DNA of 64,000 nucleotides from Acanthaster planci. Taxonomy: Eukaryota. The notes under the pieces are model-generated. The model had not been told where the DNA came from and did no database searches. It worked only from the letters and a program-made list of their open reading frames with translations. Below, in pieces: positions 61,412 through 64,000 of the stretch. Position 1 is the stretch's first letter. The number at the start of each line of letters is the position of its first letter. The translations under genes and the position numbers were made by a program. Where the stretch lies: NCBI RefSeq assembly GCF_001949145.1, contig NW_019091357.1:996671-1060670 (forward strand), read 5' to 3'.

Positions 61412-64000
61412 GTATGTGTCACTGTGTCTGGCCCGACCCCAAAATAGCTCTCTCTCCAGCCTGACAGTGAAGGGCTATATTTGGCGCCAAATAATCCTCT
61501 AGGGTAACAACAGGGACGATCCCGATTTCCCGACCAGGACTTCTCGGGGCTTGGGATGGATTTCTGCCCAAAAAAGGAGAAAACTTGCTACAAAATAATG
61601 GACGGCAAAATGGTCTATAAATCCCAATTCCCTTCGGGACAAAATCCTTGTTCTAAGCTGTCCAAAGTGAGAGCCTATACGAAAGGTTTTGTTTTATTCA
61701 CATTTGGTCAGAGACTTTAGTTTCGATAAGCTGCTAATTCGGTCAGAGAATTTGCCGAATTTTTATAATCCGAGGTTTTAGTCAAGTTTGTCGAGCCACA
61801 AATTATGTTCTTCCGTCCCACGAACGTTCAAATGCAAAGCCAAGCTCACATCAGTACGGTACGGTTATGCCTTCCTATGCATGATTCTGGCATGTCGTAA
61901 TTTGAAATTTGAAATTTATACTTTGATTCACCTCGTCTCAAGATAATTACATTTGTGCCTTCCGGAACGCAACCAGTCTACGTCCGGGGAGCCTTGCTCG
62001 TTTAGTCTCGCCGGTCTACGAGGTCACGACCCCGTCTCTGCTTAGTCTCCAGTTTAAGCATTTCAAGACCGAAGGGGATGGCAGCCGCCTTCGGATCAGC
62101 GTGCACGCTACGACCAAGATATTTGGAGGTAGACGTGACGACCAACCGTTCTTTCGAATACTCGGCGAGCTGAAGACCGAGTTGCCGTGGACGACACTGG
62201 AGGGAAGGATTGACGTATTTGCTCCATTTCAGGTAGGACGGAGAAAGACATGTAGATGACTATTTATACACTGTACAATACGCTGGCAGAGAGATGTTTC
62301 AGCTGTGAACAAGAACGATTGTCTGAGATTTCTTGTCTTCCCAATCTCCAAATGAAATGCCCAGATTATTACATTTATTTTGAAAAACGGTACGTATTCT
62401 AAAGTTCTTGCATGCAATTTACATAACTTTCTCATTTAACGAATAGTTGGTGATAGAGGCAGAGGTTGGGTACTTTACGAGGAGCATCATAGCAGTTGAT
62501 GACATCATCCTCACGTTAAATGCGTATCCAGTCCAACCTCAAACAAGCGTCAATGGTAAGTGACAGCTGACCATCAAAAGTTAAGGGTCAAACATGCCCT
62601 AAAGATTTTCTCGCTCGAAGACGTTACTCAAAGCTTCCGTTCTTTGATGTTGAGAATGAATTGTAGAGAGAGGTATAAGTTGTATTTTCATTTACAAATT
62701 CGGTACAGTTTACCAACAATTTTCCTCTTGCTAGTTAGGAGCAATGGTGCAGACGCTGGGATTGAGAGCTTAATGTTTTAGGTACATCATCTCAGAGGCA
62801 ATTGCTCGTTTTTTCTCTCATCCCTGCAGATTCAGCACAGCAAAATGCACTGGGCGGTCGCCAAGAAGGCGGGGCAAACGATGCCCTTACATTATGGCCT
62901 AGTCTGACGTCACAAGATGTAGGGGGCCGGCCATCCCACACAGAGGGCGCCTCGCAGGAAGGAATGGCGGGTAAAAAACATGCATGCTTTCATGACCGTT
63001 TTATAAGTAGTGACTGCCTCGTCTACCAACTCAACTGGACCTTGTTCTTACCTAACCCAGGCTTACATGCAATCAAGTTTGAGAGCTTGTTGCCACTATG
63101 AGCCCCAAGCGCAATCAAGAGAGGGCGCAGTTATCCTAATAATCGGCTCCTTTAGGAACAGCACTTCGCTGTTTCTCAAACGACTTTGAAATGTAGGCGT
63201 TGCAGTCAACACTCCCGACCAGCATGGCTCTTTTTCAACGGACGAGGGGTGCTTCTGCTCAAGGCGGATCATGTAAAATATGGTCTGTAACACAGTGTCT
63301 ATTTGCAGCTCCTCCAATCCCCGTATTTCTAGTGATCAGATCATTTACTGCCACCTGTCTGTCTTTGAATGGGAGACGCTTTGACTATTGGTTCCTATGC
63401 AGGTTCGGACGATGAGGGCGTCTCTCTGTGTTTTGTCCTGGCGCTGACGTCATCAAGCTTGCTTGTCATCGTGTTGGTCATCTTTATGATTGTCTTTCTG
63501 TCCCTCACAAGAAATAAGAGACGGTACTTGATTCTATATCCGCTGTTCTGCTACCTTGGTCAGCCTTGAGTACTTATAACTAACCTTTTATCCTGATGGA
63601 AAGTTGTAGGAACTTGACCTTTCACCATTGGAATATGTGTATCTTCCAAGTCTCATGAAAACTCTCTTTAACAAATCGTAACTACACAGTCACTGGGCCG
63701 ATAATAGTCAATGTACAGTTTCTCTAAATGTTCACCTTTCCACTTGAATGATAGCCTTTTTCTGTCTTTCCCGGCTTCGTAATAATGATGCCTAGATTGT
63801 TACAGTCTTTTTGTGATTAGTTTATTTTAAAATCGAGAAATTCTCTCACAATACGACCCAGAATGAGAGGCGTTTCAAACCTTGTGTTGTAGATTCCGCA
63901 GATTTAACTTCAGCCACGACTACGAAGAAATCAAAGGCAAAGAGGCGTACAACCAAACGACCTCCGTGTCCGCCATGGCCATCATGAAAGAACGCCCTCA
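61295..64000 (+). CDS. Multi-exon gene for a single-pass membrane protein: MAM domain, stalk, TM helix, cytoplasmic tail (5' end unresolved, 3' end beyond the window)
   Basis: Exons 61295-61411, 61943-62232, 62447-62555, 62830-62970, 63403-63523 and 63893->64000 have AG/GT boundaries and compatible phases (1,0,1,1,2) with no stops. Translation includes MAM hallmarks CKFEDNFCGYKQDPTDDFDW, PGSLARLVSP, W, and FQLVIEA..G....IAVDDIIL. Confidence 0.9.
61943..62232 (+). CDS. MAM gene exon: core of the MAM domain
   Basis: ctcgtctcaAG|...CAG|GTagga; encodes NNYICAFRNATSLRPGSLARLVSPVYEVTTPSLLSLQFKHFKTEGDGSRLRISV...LPWTTLEGRIDVFAPFQ. Confidence 0.88.
62447..62555 (+). CDS. MAM gene exon: C-terminal strands of the MAM domain
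   Basis: gaatAG|...|GTaagt; encodes LVIEAEVGYFTRSIIAVDDIILTLNAYPVQPQTSVN. Confidence 0.9.
62830..62970 (+). CDS. MAM gene exon: G/S/Q/A-rich stalk
   Basis: ttttctctcatccctgcAG|...G|GTaaaa; 141 nt, phase 1 to 1; encodes DSAQQNALGGRQEGG...GASQEGMA. Confidence 0.8.
63403..63523 (+). CDS. MAM gene exon: transmembrane helix and basic stop-transfer segment
   Basis: cctatgcAG|...CG|GTactt; encodes GSDDEGVSLCFVLALTSSSLLVIVLVIFMIVFLSLTRNKRR. Confidence 0.88.
63893..64000 (+). CDS. MAM gene exon: cytoplasmic tail (runs off the window)
   Basis: cttgtgttgtAG acceptor, phase 2; encodes FRRFNFSHDYEEIKGKEAYNQTTSVSAMAIMKERP, open to the end of the window. Confidence 0.78.

Noticed and set aside
1..64000. 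CRISPR arrays, operons, rRNA or intact tRNA genes
   Set aside because: No regularly spaced repeat-spacer array, no dense ORF packing, and no cloverleaf or rRNA signature; the only clear B box belongs to the SINE.

Overview
Eukaryotic (metazoan, probably marine invertebrate) genomic DNA with spliceosomal GT-AG introns and one 468-nt assembly gap (39806-40273). The first ~51 kb has no protein-coding gene I can support. It holds a tRNA-derived SINE, a truncated L2-type LINE, several palindromic MITE-like elements, short duplications and two CpG-rich candidate 5' exons. Two genes are supported, both on the + strand. The first is a rhodopsin-class neuropeptide-type GPCR with a single coding exon (ATG 51755 to stop 53575, 606 aa, most like trissin receptors) and a ~280-aa third intracellular loop. 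The second is a multi-exon gene that the ORF track does not assemble (61295 to beyond 64000); hand-splicing gives a divergent MAM domain, a stalk, one transmembrane helix and a cytoplasmic tail with a YEEI motif. I found no CRISPR array, rRNA, intact tRNA or prokaryote-type system. The best leads are the MAM receptor, the unusual GPCR, a SINE/LINE pair with matching 3' tails, and over-represented TAGGCCTA/TACATGTA octamers. Family assignments come from remembered motifs, not database searches.
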